Of a DNA stretch of 64,000 bases, positions 23,310-35,193 are shown piece by piece. Under the pieces are notes generated by a model. The model ran no database searches and had not been told where the DNA came from. It worked only from the letters and a program-made list of their open reading frames with translations. Source of the DNA: an uncultured Nitrososphaeraceae archaeon (GTDB lineage Archaea; Thermoproteota; Nitrososphaeria; Nitrososphaerales; Nitrososphaeraceae). The translations under genes and the position numbers were made by a program. The stretch lies in assembly GCA_963779615.1 (NCBI GenBank), contig CAVZZA010000003.1, forward strand, positions 928,001 to 992,000, read 5' to 3'. The first letter of the stretch is position 1; the number at the start of each line of letters is the position of its first letter.

Positions 23310-24530
23310 ATGACCAATAATGGCGATGAGGATGATTTATTAATAAAGCCATATGAATTAAAGAAAAAAATAGACAAAGGAGAAGACATATTTATTTTAG
23401 ATGTAAGAGACCATGAAGAACACAAGTCATGGAAAATTTCTTATGATAAACACCAAGATTCGATAGTGATTCCCATAGATGACTTATCCTACCCTCAATC
23501 ACTAGAGCAGATTCCAAAAGACAAAGAAATTGTTGCCTTTTGCGCTCGCGGAAATAGGTCTATGAGCGCAGCTAAAATGCTTTCAAAGCATGGGTATAAA
23601 GTAAAAAGTGTAGAGGGGGGACTAGCAGGCTGGAATACCGTATATGATGTAGCTCTAGTTACTGGTAATGATTCTCCAATCTATATTTGGCAGATAAGGC
23701 GGATATCTAAAGGATGTATAAGTTATTTGGTTGCTAGTTCTCACAGTAAGAACGCGATAGTTATAGATGCAACCTGTGAGGTAGACAATGCAATTAGCAA
23801 TATTATAAGCGAAAACAGGCTAAAACTAACAAAAGTAGTAGACACTCACATACATGCAGACCACTTATCTGGTTCAACAAGATTAGCGAAGAAATATGGA
23901 GCCGTTATTTATCTAAGCTCTTTAGAGGACTACATCACGAAAAACAACATTCACGGATTAAACTTACAATTAATTAGTAATGGTGACACAATTAAAATCG
24001 ATGAAGAGTTTATTCTAGAAGCAATTCACACTCCCGGGCACACAAATGGAAGTATTTCTATTAAGATTCAAAAGAGAACTGATAGCTTTGGTGAAGTGGA
24101 CTACCACTCCATAAAAAAAAACCAGACTAACAACATGTACATATTTGTTGGCGATACCATATTTATAAACGGTATAGGAAGGCCAGATCTTCACAATAAA
24201 ACAGAAGAATATGCACACCAGTTATTCAATACCTATCATCAAAAAATATTGAATCTCCCCACAAAGACCGTTGTTCTCCCTGCTCACCATAGTGATACAT
24301 TTGAGCACGAAAAACCAATTTATGGAACAATCAAGTCAATAAACCAAAATATAGATTTGCTTTCTGTGTCCGAGGGCGAATTTGTTAAATTCGTTGCCGA
24401 AAACATTCCTCCTCACCCAATGAATTATGAGAAAATCACTTTAATAAACAAGCAAATGATCTCATGTGACGAAATAGAACAAAAAGATATCGAAAGCGGA
24501 CCTAATGCCTGCGGAATAACGAAGCAGTAA
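23310..24530 (+). CDS. Rhodanese + metallo-beta-lactamase (persulfide dioxygenase-like) fusion
   Basis: Rhodanese 'LDVR..FCARGNRS..VEGGLAGW'. MBL 'DTHIHADHLSG', 'HTPGHT', 'GDTIF..GRPDL', 'LPAHH'. C-terminal GPNAC. Confidence 0.92.
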   Translation: MTNNGDEDDLLIKPYELKKKIDKGEDIFILDVRDHEEHKSWKISYDKHQDSIVIPIDDLSYPQSLEQIPKDKEIVAFCARGNRSMSAAKMLSKHGYKVKSVEGGLAGWNTVYDVALVTGNDSPIYIWQIRRISKGCISYLVASSHSKNAIVIDATCEVDNAISNIISENRLKLTKVVDTHIHADHLSGSTRLAKKYGAVIYLSSLEDYITKNNIHGLNLQLISNGDTIKIDEEFILEAIHTPGHTNGSISIKIQKRTDSFGEVDYHSIKKNQTNNMYIFVGDTIFINGIGRPDLHNKTEEYAHQLFNTYHQKILNLPTKTVVLPAHHSDTFEHEKPIYGTIKSINQNIDLLSVSEGEFVKFVAENIPPHPMNYEKITLINKQMISCDEIEQKDIESGPNACGITKQ

Positions 24531-25098
24531 CTTTTATTTCATTCATCACAAACGGTAAAACAATAATCCCGTTTTTATTAATAAAAAAGTAATTAATATT
24601 TTTTTATTATATCCAATTGTTTAGATGATCATTATAGCAATCTTTATCTTGCCTAAACACATTATTTTTAGTTATTATCTCACAGCTAATCTTTATAAAA
24701 ATAATTATATTAAAAAATGGATGCAAAACTTTATAGTAACGGTACAATAGTAACAATAAAAACCTTATACATTAACGTCAACATCAGCATCAATTTACTC
24801 CTCTGTTTTTTTTGCAAACATCGTAGGTTCATTTGCGCCACACCAAGGATTGTTTATAACGCCTCACCTAAAATTGCTTAAAGTATTTGCAAACCCCATT
24901 AAACTCCAGAAAGTCTACCAACATTTTGACTAACATTCAGTCATATTTCAAACGCTTTCGACTATTTTCCTCACTATTAGATTTGATGCAATTACCCCTT
25001 CTAATAGCAAGCACTTCAAGACCCATAACATAAAGCATTATTCGTTTTGAAATCAGGCAAAATACATAGTAACCTAACAATAAAAAAATAGAGTAAAA

Positions 25099-25248
25099 CT
25101 AATTTAATTCTAATTCTTTAATTCTTTCTTCTATCCCTCTAGACTCTCTTTCCAAATCCTGTTTGTACTCTTTCAATATTTCAACTATTTCCTCCCTTGT
25201 AAGATAAGTGCTTCCTTTAGAGCTAGATCCACAATAACCATATGTCAT
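25099..25248 (-). pseudogene. Small DUF5320-like coiled-coil protein, 1-bp frameshift
   Basis: 'MTYGYCG..YLTREE/VEILKEYKQDLERESRGIEERIKELE', with a GGAGG Shine-Dalgarno upstream. Confidence 0.6.
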
Positions 25249-25825
25249 GTATTTATCCTCCTCAATTTATCCCTAGTATTGGACATACGACATATTTCAT
25301 TTATGGTCTATTTATACGTATCGGATATCCAATAGAATACACATAATGAAAATACGGTGATTATCGATAGGAGAATGGATGACAAAAAAAGGTATACTTA
25401 TTATTTTTCCACGATCATCGAAAAAATCTATATGGGCAAGAACTACCCATTGAAATACCTAAAGAAAAACGGGAAAATGAGTTCATTAAATAATATGAAT
25501 TAAGAGATTTTCAGAAAAATGATCTTCAGTGGAGAACAATTGGAAAACCACATAGCATATAGTTTGACAAGAATAGAGTGGATGCTCCAAAACCAATAAA
25601 AGAAATGTAATAGAATTTGACATATTATAGCATCATTAAAAAAGAATGCCAAAAAATGTGTGCAGCACGTTTTTCATTTCATCACATTTTTTAATCGGAA
25701 TGAGTAATATCATGCATTGTAAACGTTGTTAATTGATGCTTTTTTGCAAAAAAAATTAAAAATATTGTTTTTATGGTACGACTTCTTGGCTCTTTTTATA
25801 GTTTTGCAACTCCCGTAGAAAATAC

Positions 25826-26062
25826 TCATAATCCTTTTTTATTGTTTTCAGCATCGACCATTGGTCCGCGACAAGCCTTTTGCAAATAATAAAGAACATC
25901 GTCAATTTTTTTTATTAGGGTCACTAAATGCTGGTTTGTTATCTGGAGTTCTCTTAAAACATCATCTTTTGATGCAAAAGAGTTGGAAAGTTCGTCTGTG
26001 GTATTGGGCATTTTTTCCATGTGCTCCATCATCTTTTTTAACTGTTCTTCAATGTCATCCAT
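25826..26062 (-). CDS. Hypothetical coiled-coil protein
   Basis: ATG ORF of 78 aa with an amphipathic pattern. Confidence 0.6.
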   Translation of the reverse strand: MDDIEEQLKKMMEHMEKMPNTTDELSNSFASKDDVLRELQITNQHLVTLIKKIDDVLYYLQKACRGPMVDAENNKKGL

Positions 26063-26656
26063 AAAGGTAGAATTGAATTATAAAGTTTATAGATTAGAGT
26101 ACAATTTTATTAAATAATTTATAATTGAATGGATCAAATCTTAATACGCGATCATTTTATTCTAACCATTTTTTATTTATCCAGCATCCATGTTACTTTT
26201 ATCTTTTTATAAATGAAACTGACTCTTGCCATCTTATTACTCGTATTAGTAATTTACTCTGAAATGGTCACTTGTATTGTATAATGGTGCTATTTTGCAT
26301 AAAATAATAAAAAAATTATTAAAACAATCCAAGATTGTGCCTAGCGGTTATTTTCTTTTTTTAAAGGAAATAAAAAATGACTGTTACCCATCATTAAATA
26401 CAATCTCCTGTATGAGGGGTACAAGTTTACAAGTAATTTGTTTCAAATAAAAGGAACAATCTATTTATTTAGGAAATTACCGGAATTAAATGATCTTTTG
26501 ATAGGCATAGCGAACACAGCAAGTGACCAGAGATCAAATTAGCAAATTTATAAAAAAATGATTGAAAATCAAGTGTACATATTAATGACAGGGAAAATTT
26601 CAACCAGAAATAAACATATCTTACTTTTGTTTTTATGAAATTGGCGAAAATTTAAA

Positions 26657-27709
26657 GTGTTAGGTCAAAAAGAAATAGTTAAAAGAAACATACAGTTCAT
26701 CTTATCTCATTTTAATTACCAAGAATACAAGTTTCCAAGAGCTATAATGACCTTGAAAACAAAAGGTCAAGTTCATACAAACAATGAAGAAGAGATACTT
26801 AAGCACTTTTTAGAATCCGATTTTAAAGATTGCAGGATTAATGGATATCCTTTTTATGAAGAGAATGCCAATAGATTGTACCCAAGCTTTATCTTTATTG
26901 ATTTGGATTTATCTTTATGTAGCGTATGCAAATATCCAGAAAGGAAACTTGATTATATTTTAAAACAAACTTTGAATAAAATAGAAAAAGAAATTAACGG
27001 CGTTCCCACTGTGCTTTGGACAGGAGGTGGTTACCATATCTATCAACCAATCACAGCAGATAATCCAAATGATAAAGAATGGACAGAAAGACGTCCCTTA
27101 GAACACATCACCGCATTTAATGAATTTTTGCCACATGTCAATAATGATTTAACAACTGAATTTATGAGGTTTGCAGCCAAACATTTCACAAATAACCAAA
27201 AAGACCCAAAACATAATCCATCCACAAAATCATGTCTCATCCGGGTACCGGAAACCATTAATTCAAAATATAATTTTAGAGTCGAAATAAGGCAAAAATG
27301 GGACGGAAAAGAAGCTAATGCCAACATAATCACATCATATTTTCAAGATAACCTGATGCGAACAAGGTCTGAGTATGTAAAAAAGACAAACGGTAAAGTG
27401 AACTATACACACATAGATAAAATAGGTTGGATTGAAAAATTATTAGAAACCCCATTGGCAGACAACAGGAAATATTGTTTATGGAAGATTCTAATACCAT
27501 ATCTTGCAAACATAAAGAAACTACCAAAATATGAAATAGTTCCCATATTAATAGAATGGTTGGACAAATGCGACCGAATAAAAAGTATTGATTTTAGATC
27601 TCAAAGCAAAATAGAAGACAATTTAAGAAATGTTAAAAATTACCTGCCCATCAGCCTAGATAATTTAAAAGACGACAATTTTGAATTATACAAAACACTA
27701 AAAAGATGA
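26657..27709 (+). CDS. Archaeo-eukaryotic primase (AEP) fused to a PriX-like C-terminal domain
   Basis: Motif I 'FIFIDLD', motif II 'WTGGGYHIYQP', 'LIRVPETINSK'. C-terminal 'WIEKLLETPLADNRK..LIPYL.N..EWL'. Confidence 0.8.
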   Translation: MLGQKEIVKRNIQFILSHFNYQEYKFPRAIMTLKTKGQVHTNNEEEILKHFLESDFKDCRINGYPFYEENANRLYPSFIFIDLDLSLCSVCKYPERKLDYILKQTLNKIEKEINGVPTVLWTGGGYHIYQPITADNPNDKEWTERRPLEHITAFNEFLPHVNNDLTTEFMRFAAKHFTNNQKDPKHNPSTKSCLIRVPETINSKYNFRVEIRQKWDGKEANANIITSYFQDNLMRTRSEYVKKTNGKVNYTHIDKIGWIEKLLETPLADNRKYCLWKILIPYLANIKKLPKYEIVPILIEWLDKCDRIKSIDFRSQSKIEDNLRNVKNYLPISLDNLKDDNFELYKTLKR

Positions 27710-27989
27710 ATAGCCACTCCCCAAACCTTAAAAGTCTTATCAATTTCATTATTAAAGTTAAATTTAGAATCCATCCCAAAACATTTTACTATAAATTACG
27801 ATACACCTGGATATGTTTACTGAGCCAAGATAGGTCTCTTTTGCTTTCTGTCACACCTTGTGAACAAGTTCCTAAAATCTGTTATGCCATCATGAATCAG
27901 ATCTCTATCTATAATATCCACCCTCTTGCAAATTGTCTTTTGGATTGATTCTATCTTCCCCTTTCTCCCATCATCTTTTTCCTCAATGT

Positions 27990-28445
27990 TTGATACCAGG
28001 TGCATATTTCCTCATTAAACGACCCTATGTCACAATACATTAGAATCCTATAGTATGTCTTCAACCGCTCTAAGACAATTTTTTGCAACTCCATTTCTAA
28101 GGGACTCTTTTTCAAAGCGACATCCTCCTCTTGATGGCCAATGATTTACAAGAATGGATATCTCCGCATTGTTATGAAGTACCGATAAATTTATCAGAAA
28201 GACATCTCTCGAATATCAAGTCATGTTGTTTCTTTTTGCAAAGTTAAATCTAAAAACGTCTTTGGAGTACATTAAACAGGTATCAATTTCCCTGATATCA
28301 GGACTATCTGGGTATTGAGCAACAGTATAAACATCTTGCTTTTCCATTTTCTCTATTAATGCATGAGCCAATTTTTCATTTTCAATTTCACAGTCCCAGC
28401 AGATCAGGACCTTGACCATTGTATGAGTAGATTATTTATGGACTT
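27990..28445 (-). pseudogene. Endonuclease/exonuclease/phosphatase (EEP) family remnant
   Basis: 'GPDLLGL/CEIENE..DSPDIREIDTCLMYS', 'LVNHWPSRGG' and 'IGSFNEE' spread across frameshifts. Confidence 0.75.
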
Positions 28446-28581
28446 TAAAAAAACACTTTGTAAAAAACATCCATTTAAGTGCGGGAATGATCAAAAATTT
28501 TAAAGGAAAAACTCCCTTGTGAAGAGCATTTAAATTTGCTCTTTGATTTCAAATAATTGTATTCTTTATTATTATTGACGT

Positions 28582-29133
28582 TTAAAGACTCTTCTCCAAA
28601 CTCTCTGCTTGTAAATAATGATGTAACTCATGGGCATTCTTTTCATGGCCTTCCAAAACATCCTTAAGTAAATCGTCTATTCCATGGTCTTTATTTTCTT
28701 TTGCAAAATCAATCCTTTCCCTAATAGATGTAATCAATTGTTGTTCTGCTTTTAAATCATTTTCCAACATAGTTCTAAGATTGTATTTGTCTTCTCCTTC
28801 GAATTGTACATAGGATAGTTCTTCAAATCGTGAAGGATTTGATACAGGTATTCCCCCTATCAAAGTTATACGTTCAGCTAATTCCTCAGCAAGTTCTTGA
28901 ATCGTTTTTGCATATCCATCTAAAGCTGCAGATACGTGCTTCCAATCAGGTCCTTCCACTATCCAATGTTGCTTTTTTAATTGATAGAATAACATAAAAT
29001 GACTTGCAAGATCTGTATTCAGCTGTTCTTTCATCTGTTTAGTATAATCTTCAGATAATACAATTGGATTTTTCTCCAGTTCATCAAATTTTTGCTTTGT
29101 TTCTTGAGATTTATCTTTATTTTGTGATTTCAA
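28582..29133 (-). CDS. dps: Dps / ferritin-like DNA-protection protein (haloarchaeal DpsA-like)
   Basis: 'QLKKQHWIVEG', 'ELAERITLIGGIP', 'MLENDL', 'EKNAHELHHYL'. Confidence 0.85.
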   Translation of the reverse strand: MKSQNKDKSQETKQKFDELEKNPIVLSEDYTKQMKEQLNTDLASHFMLFYQLKKQHWIVEGPDWKHVSAALDGYAKTIQELAEELAERITLIGGIPVSNPSRFEELSYVQFEGEDKYNLRTMLENDLKAEQQLITSIRERIDFAKENKDHGIDDLLKDVLEGHEKNAHELHHYLQAESLEKSL

Positions 29134-29182
29134 GTTCTCTCAATAAGATTTGAGGAACATAGTATATAACATAGAGAAGTAA

Positions 29183-29461
29183 TTGCACTGTATTAGTTTT
29201 AGAAAAACACCTGCCTATAGTCAGTTGATTCGTCAGGATAAAGAAAATGAGATAAATCGCAAAATTATAAACATCGTGAAAGTGTTTAGATCACCTGGTG
29301 TCTCAACTCAGTCAGATATAAGAATAAATAGTTTAGAAAAAATCGATGGCAACTTTTACATAATTGAGGAGTATCAATATACTAATCTTTTTAATAGAAT
29401 CATATTTGAGAAAGGAGTGTCCGAAATCATATTAAAAAAAACCAGGTCCAATGAATGGTAA
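29183..29461 (+). CDS. Hypothetical protein (possibly degraded)
   Basis: ORF only. Confidence 0.35.
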   Translation: MHCISFRKTPAYSQLIRQDKENEINRKIINIVKVFRSPGVSTQSDIRINSLEKIDGNFYIIEEYQYTNLFNRIIFEKGVSEIILKKTRSNEW

Positions 29462-29865
29462 AATTGACCCTAAAAATCCAGCAAATAAGATCTAATAAAG
29501 ATAACTTTGTGACGTGTAATTCTGTATCATAGTCACCAGTCTTTTTTTCCATATTGACCGACTGCACATGTTTGCATTCGAATCACACCTGTTTCCATGA
29601 CTATTAACGATGTATTTGCTGCAAACCCCAACATTTCATTTGTATTTTTCCCTTTATATTATCTATTTTTATTGATATATACAGGAATCAGGCACTTACT
29701 ATGTAAAATTACTAGTTAATTTTTTATCAAGTTTATATAATATTAAACACAAATTATGTAAAATATGGTTATCAATTATAATTTACATGACAACTCATCA
29801 AGTGAATTATTGCGTCAAGTTTTTAAAGCCAGGTTGTTAGGGGAAACCAGGTAGAAAATGATACC

Positions 29866-30840
29866 ATGAAGTATAACATTAAGCAAATATTATCAGAAGT
29901 AGCAATAAATTAAATCATTGAACATAAAAACAAAAAAACGATTAAAGGTTTTTCTTCTCTTAAAGACGAAGTCTGATGATCTTTCTTATTGCGTAGGTAG
30001 TGGGGAAGAATGGATTTCTCTTATTATGGAGTCTAATGCGGGCATTATTCTTTGTAGATACAATACGAGAAACATTATTTCTTCCAAATCTTTAGATAAT
30101 CAACTTATATTTGTAAACCATCCTAGATTGGCTTTTATACGAATTGTTAAGTACACTGCAGAAATAAAAAAATGATTGGTATTTCATCTACTGCTGTAAA
30201 TCATACAGATCCAGAATTGGTAAAAGTTGCCATACAGGAAATATTACATTGATAGGTGAAGATTGTTCAATAGGGAGAATATCATAATTAGTGATAAAGC
30301 AACCATACTACAATATACCAAGATTGGTAAGAACTGCTAAATTCAACCATCAATCACAATTGGTGCTGATGGCTTTGGATTTGAAAGGTACCTTGATAGT
30401 CTGGTATTGGAAAGATTTCCCCATTTTTGTGGTGTTATCATAGGAGATAGTGTTGAAATTTGTGCCAATAGATCTAATGCTCGGGGGTCTCTTTCAAACA
30501 CAACAATAGGCAAGGGTACAAAAATTGATGCATTAGTAGATATAGCACATAGTGTTAAGATCGGTATTAACTGCGAGATTGCTGCTGGAAGTATTATAGG
30601 CGGTAGCACCATAATTGGCAATAATTGCTGGCTTGGCCTTAATTGTACCTTAAAGAATAAAGTTAAATTTGGAAATAACGCCATTGTTGCTTGTGGAGCA
30701 ACCGTTATCAACAATGTGGTGGATGAGGACATTGTTGCAGGGTTCCTTCGGTATCAATAAAAAGTAAAACCACCTTAGAGAAAGCTCAATTGTTTCTTAT
30801 GTCAGGGGCAAAAATCAATTCAAAGATAACACATAATTAG
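29866..30840 (+). pseudogene. LpxD-like hexapeptide-repeat acyltransferase pseudogene
   Basis: 'NHPRLAF', 'IGADGFGFER', 'GVIIGDSVEICAN', 'TKIDALVDIAHSVKIG' and hexapeptide repeats, with multiple stops and frameshifts. Confidence 0.85.
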
Positions 30841-31036
30841 TGAAGTGAGCAATGTCGAATAAACTAAATATAGCTGTAATCAATTTAATTTATGTGATTA
30901 TTTTTTAAATTTAAATGTATTTTGCAATCTTATTTGCAGTGTAATTACATTTTCACCTACCCACTTCAAAATACAAAGGTAATTTTTAACATATTTTAAC
31001 ACAGGCTAAATAGTTCAATCAATCAACACTGTTCAT

Positions 31037-31363
31037 ATGAAACATAATAATGATTACGGTAATGGATCAATAAAAACGAAGTGCAATTCAGAGTATGCGC
31101 ATATCCTAGATGAAGGGACAATATGGTTTATTGATTACATTTTAGGTGTTGCATTTCCAACGCCAATTAATTTTGCAGGCAAAGAAAATGGGCTTTATGA
31201 ATCTGGTTTACCATACAAAGAATTTCCAGACTATTTAGATTTCCAAAACTATTTAGAAGAAATAACTGGTGGTCAGGAGGTATCTTTGGAGTCATCAGTA
31301 GGTTTGGATACAACCAAGGAGACAAACAGCATAATAAGATGGATTACTAAATACGCAATATGA
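31037..31363 (+). CDS. Hypothetical protein
   Basis: 108-aa ATG ORF. Confidence 0.5.
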   Translation: MKHNNDYGNGSIKTKCNSEYAHILDEGTIWFIDYILGVAFPTPINFAGKENGLYESGLPYKEFPDYLDFQNYLEEITGGQEVSLESSVGLDTTKETNSIIRWITKYAI

Positions 31364-31981
31364 AAATAAAGTACAATGACGTGGTAACATGGTATTTGGT
31401 TTGATAAGCTATAGAGTAATGTATCATTCATAAAAATCAGACACAATACCCTATTGTACAGTATAGGCTGTTTCCATTTATGCAATAGATCTATGAGTTA
31501 TACAACAGAGCATTTCCATTGTGTTTGTGTTTGTGTTCGGTTTCATTATCTACGGATTTAAAGATAAATAATAGGCAATTGCATAAATATCATAATTATA
31601 GTAACAATGATTCAGTAATAATATTGATTTCTTTAGATGCCCATGCCGTCAAAAGTAGGATAAAGTGCATTTACAATTAACAATGATAACCTAAAAAACC
31701 GAAAAAAAGTAATTGGCCTGTTCAATTGAGATTTTGTTTGAAAATACGAATTCAGATTACAAAACAACTTTAATTTAAGTAGAGCATTCAACAGGGCTCA
31801 TCTTAAAATATATCTTTTTTATTGGTTGTATTTTATTGATTTAGGAAATAGATATACATTGGAATTAAAGAATTTGAATTGATTTGATTAAAATATCATA
31901 CAAAACATTGCACCCCATAACAGTTTTACCTATTATTATCATCATATAATTTTTATTATTATTATTATTATTCAGCATTTT

Positions 31982-32131
31982 TTAATCTGAGAACGAAGCT
32001 GAATGATAAGGTGCTCCACATTTCGGACACATGGCATGTTCACTAAGACATTCTTTACAGTAATCGCTATGTTCTTCAAATTCGGTTTTATCTCCTGTAT
32101 ACACACATTCCTCGCATATTATATTTACCAT
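31982..32131 (-). CDS. 49-aa triple-CxxC zinc-binding microprotein (below the ORF-track cutoff)
   Basis: MVNIICEECVYTGDKTEFEEHSDYCKECLSEHAMCPKCGAPYHSASFSD*. Confidence 0.75.
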   Translation of the reverse strand: MVNIICEECVYTGDKTEFEEHSDYCKECLSEHAMCPKCGAPYHSASFSD

Positions 32132-32745
32132 AATTATAAAGCGGTCAGTATAACTTAATAGTCGATATATAAATTTTTATCCTAAATAAGAGGTTTTTTA
32201 TTCTTTCTGAAGATTTTTCAACTTAGTTTTCACCTAAAGTATTTTAAATCCTCATAGTTCTTCTATTTGTTTACATAATGCATTTTAACAATAGAGTTTT
32301 ATCCAATTCCACAACCCCCCTCGACTTGGATTTTGCAACGGTTAATGCATCTAAAGATATGTTCATGACATGAACCCATGGTTAACAGGAGTTCATTAAA
32401 AAAAACGGAGGAATAGCATATTAATCACTGTCATCATTAAGCTATGAGATAACAGGAATCTCAGAATCCCAATTATAGATATAGATATGATAGCTTTGCT
32501 TGTTCCTGTTTTTGATTTGTATTTGTTTTGTCCATATTTTCCAGATACTAAAAAAATTATTTGATCTGCCATCTATCTGCAATATTTTAGTATTCGGATA
32601 GTTTTGAATATTCAAAATAAAATTTAATTATTTCATCAAACTTATTCTGTAATGGATTAATAAATTAAAAGTGGGAATAAAACCACACATATCAATCGAA
32701 TTTGTTTTAGGTGTAGCAATTTGGTTTTTCTTTTACCAATACAAT

Positions 32746-33267
32746 TTAATAAATAGGAAAATAGGGATTCATCACTGTAACACCGAATACCTTACTTCCC
32801 ATTATTTCTAAAATCATATGGTGACTTGATGCAGTTCCACCACTTGTCATGCTATTTATTATAAAAAAAGTGATCATAAAACCAACAATTATTGCAAGTA
32901 AAATAAAAAACCTGGATTTCCTGCTTGAAAACATACCACCACCGCCACCACCTTTTTTAATGGTTGGTTCTTTCTTGTCTTGAAACACCTTATTCTCCCT
33001 CTCGGCGTGCTTTGAGTTAAGTACAGGCATCGTTTTCAATATTTTCCCATTGGAAATAGATTTTTGTACTTCATACAAAATAGTATTTTTCCCTTCTTTG
33101 GCTTTTTCATTGAAGATTTTTAAGGCGTCCAAGTAATTGGTTTTTTCTTCGCTAGAGGTTCTTTGAAATTTATTATTCCAATCTACTACCCACACTTTTT
33201 CAATATCAGAATTATCATCTGGATAAAAATTTATATCATCATTGTCCTTGTCATTACCTTCAGACAT
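32746..33267 (-). CDS. Hypothetical membrane protein
   Basis: Acidic N-terminus, poly-Gly linker, one C-terminal TM helix. Confidence 0.7.
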   Translation of the reverse strand: MSEGNDKDNDDINFYPDDNSDIEKVWVVDWNNKFQRTSSEEKTNYLDALKIFNEKAKEGKNTILYEVQKSISNGKILKTMPVLNSKHAERENKVFQDKKEPTIKKGGGGGGMFSSRKSRFFILLAIIVGFMITFFIINSMTSGGTASSHHMILEIMGSKVFGVTVMNPYFPIY

Positions 33268-34216
33268 TATCTTTTATCTAACCCCATATTAATATGGATA
33301 TCAAACATTATATATCTCACAAAGAATTGACATGAGGGAAATTAATATAGTTTAGGAAAATATGAAGGATAACTTTTCAGGTACATTTTTCTAAACAATT
33401 AATTTCCTAAAAAGCCCTTATTTTTAATGGTAATCCCATTTTCATGAAATGAATGCATGATGGTTAAAATCGAATCTGCAAAGAAAATATGAACAAGGGG
33501 TTTTGCAACAAAACATAACAAACATCAATGCAAACTAAATTACCCCATTAAATATACACATCAAAAGATATTATACAAGGTGTTGATAAAAACAACAATA
33601 CTAATTATTTTGATATTGTTACTATTAACTTACTTCTTTATCCATATAACTCTATAACCTTTTCACAAGTGGAAGGCAGTAATGTGATCAAAACAAATAA
33701 TGGGAAACGCAGGCAAAACAATTTGAATATTACCATGAACCTTCAGCCAAAATTCCAGTAGTTGATCAGCATACCCATATTCCATTTGAAACAAAAAACT
33801 AAATAATTCTAAATTTTTAGAAAAATTAATTTGAGTTACCATAACCGATCACGATGGAAGGCCGTTTAAATCGGACAGTCAACCCGTTTCTAATGGAATA
33901 CCTTCTGTTGGATACATTAATCAGAAACCTTTTCCAACAGTATCAAAACTTGATTAGCATTGTTTAAAATCAGATAAATATCTTTTTACTATCTTTTTTA
34001 GGTATTGCCGATATTAATAAGGATTTTAGCAGGCAAAATTTAATACAAAAGTGTAGTTTGATCGACAACAAAAAACAGGATTGCATGAATAATTTCAAAG
34101 TCAACAAATATGAAAATCCATCTTCAGATAACTTTTCACCTATTTAAATAATTAATAACATTATTCTATGAAATGTTACTAAATTGTTTATTATAATAAA
34201 GTAATATAAACTACTT

Positions 34217-34930
34217 ATGAAAACATCATTGGAATTACTGATTATTTCATCCTTAATTTTGTTAACATTTGTTCTCTTGTATGATAAGGATACAGTTTTT
34301 GCAAAAAATCATGGGGATGACACTGAAGACAATGATGACAGCAAAGACAATGATGACAGCAAAGACAATGATGACAGCAAAGACAATGATGACAGCGAAT
34401 TCATGGACAACAATGCCATCCAGATATGCTGTACTTGGGGTCAAGAGTTAGCAGACGGTGTCCTTACATACTCATTTGAGGACAAGGACAAAAAGGTAGA
34501 AGCATCAATTATAAAGGCAGCGAATTCATGGAATGAGGTGCTAAATGGCGTTCAGCTCAAGAAAACCAAAGGTGATGGTGAGGTTTTAATCTCTTTTAGA
34601 GACGATGGCAAAAAGGTTGCAGGAGAAACAATAAACTATTTTGATGGCGATGGATTTATCAGAAAATCGCACATAACAATATCAAAAGAAGCCTATAACA
34701 ATGCATTTACCCCAGCACAATTAGAACAAATTGTCAAACATGAACTTGGACACGTATTGGGTATGGGTCACGCAAATTTTGTCGGAAACCTAATGTCAAC
34801 TCGCGTTGAAACCGGAAGCGGAACTATAGCACCCTGTGAAATCGAGGCGGTAAACACCGCAAATGCCTGGAAAACAAGAGAGAGTGGATTGTCTATACAC
34901 GCCCCAACAGAAAAGTTTGTCAATTGTTAG
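34217..34930 (+). CDS. Secreted matrixin-like (metzincin) zinc metalloprotease
   Basis: Signal peptide, HELGHVLGMGH zinc motif, Met-turn 'LMS'. Confidence 0.88.
   Translation: MKTSLELLIISSLILLTFVLLYDKDTVFAKNHGDDTEDNDDSKDNDDSKDNDDSKDNDDSEFMDNNAIQICCTWGQELADGVLTYSFEDKDKKVEASIIKAANSWNEVLNGVQLKKTKGDGEVLISFRDDGKKVAGETINYFDGDGFIRKSHITISKEAYNNAFTPAQLEQIVKHELGHVLGMGHANFVGNLMSTRVETGSGTIAPCEIEAVNTANAWKTRESGLSIHAPTEKFVNC
34328..34396 (+). repeat. 18-bp coding tandem repeat x3.8 (DNDDSK)
   Basis: GACAATGATGACAGCAAA repeated perfectly. Confidence 0.95.
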
Positions 34931-35193
34931 AAATGCAGGAGCAGAATATAATTGATAATCTTGTAAGGTTCCTGATGGAAAAGGTTGACGGCTTTTCCAA
35001 TAATTTTTGCATAGTTAGTTTTATTTTGCCGCCTAAGGTTTTTTGATAAATGGCACTTAAATACTTGTTTCAAATTATTCATGTTTTTTATTGTTTTTTT
35101 TTTGATATAAAGTTAAAAATGGTTGCGATCTAATTCCTTTATTTTTATTATTTGTTTGCCTTCAGTTGCTTGCTTGCAGATCTCATCTCTTTA

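Noticed and set aside
31715-31797. Possible MITE with IS5-like ends (GGCCTGTTCAAT / ATTCAACAGGGC)
   Set aside because: The IR is only 10/12, with no TSD and no second copy.
31950-31975. (TTA)n and (AAT)n microsatellites (also ~15072 and ~43315)
   Set aside because: Expected low-complexity tracts in very AT-rich DNA.
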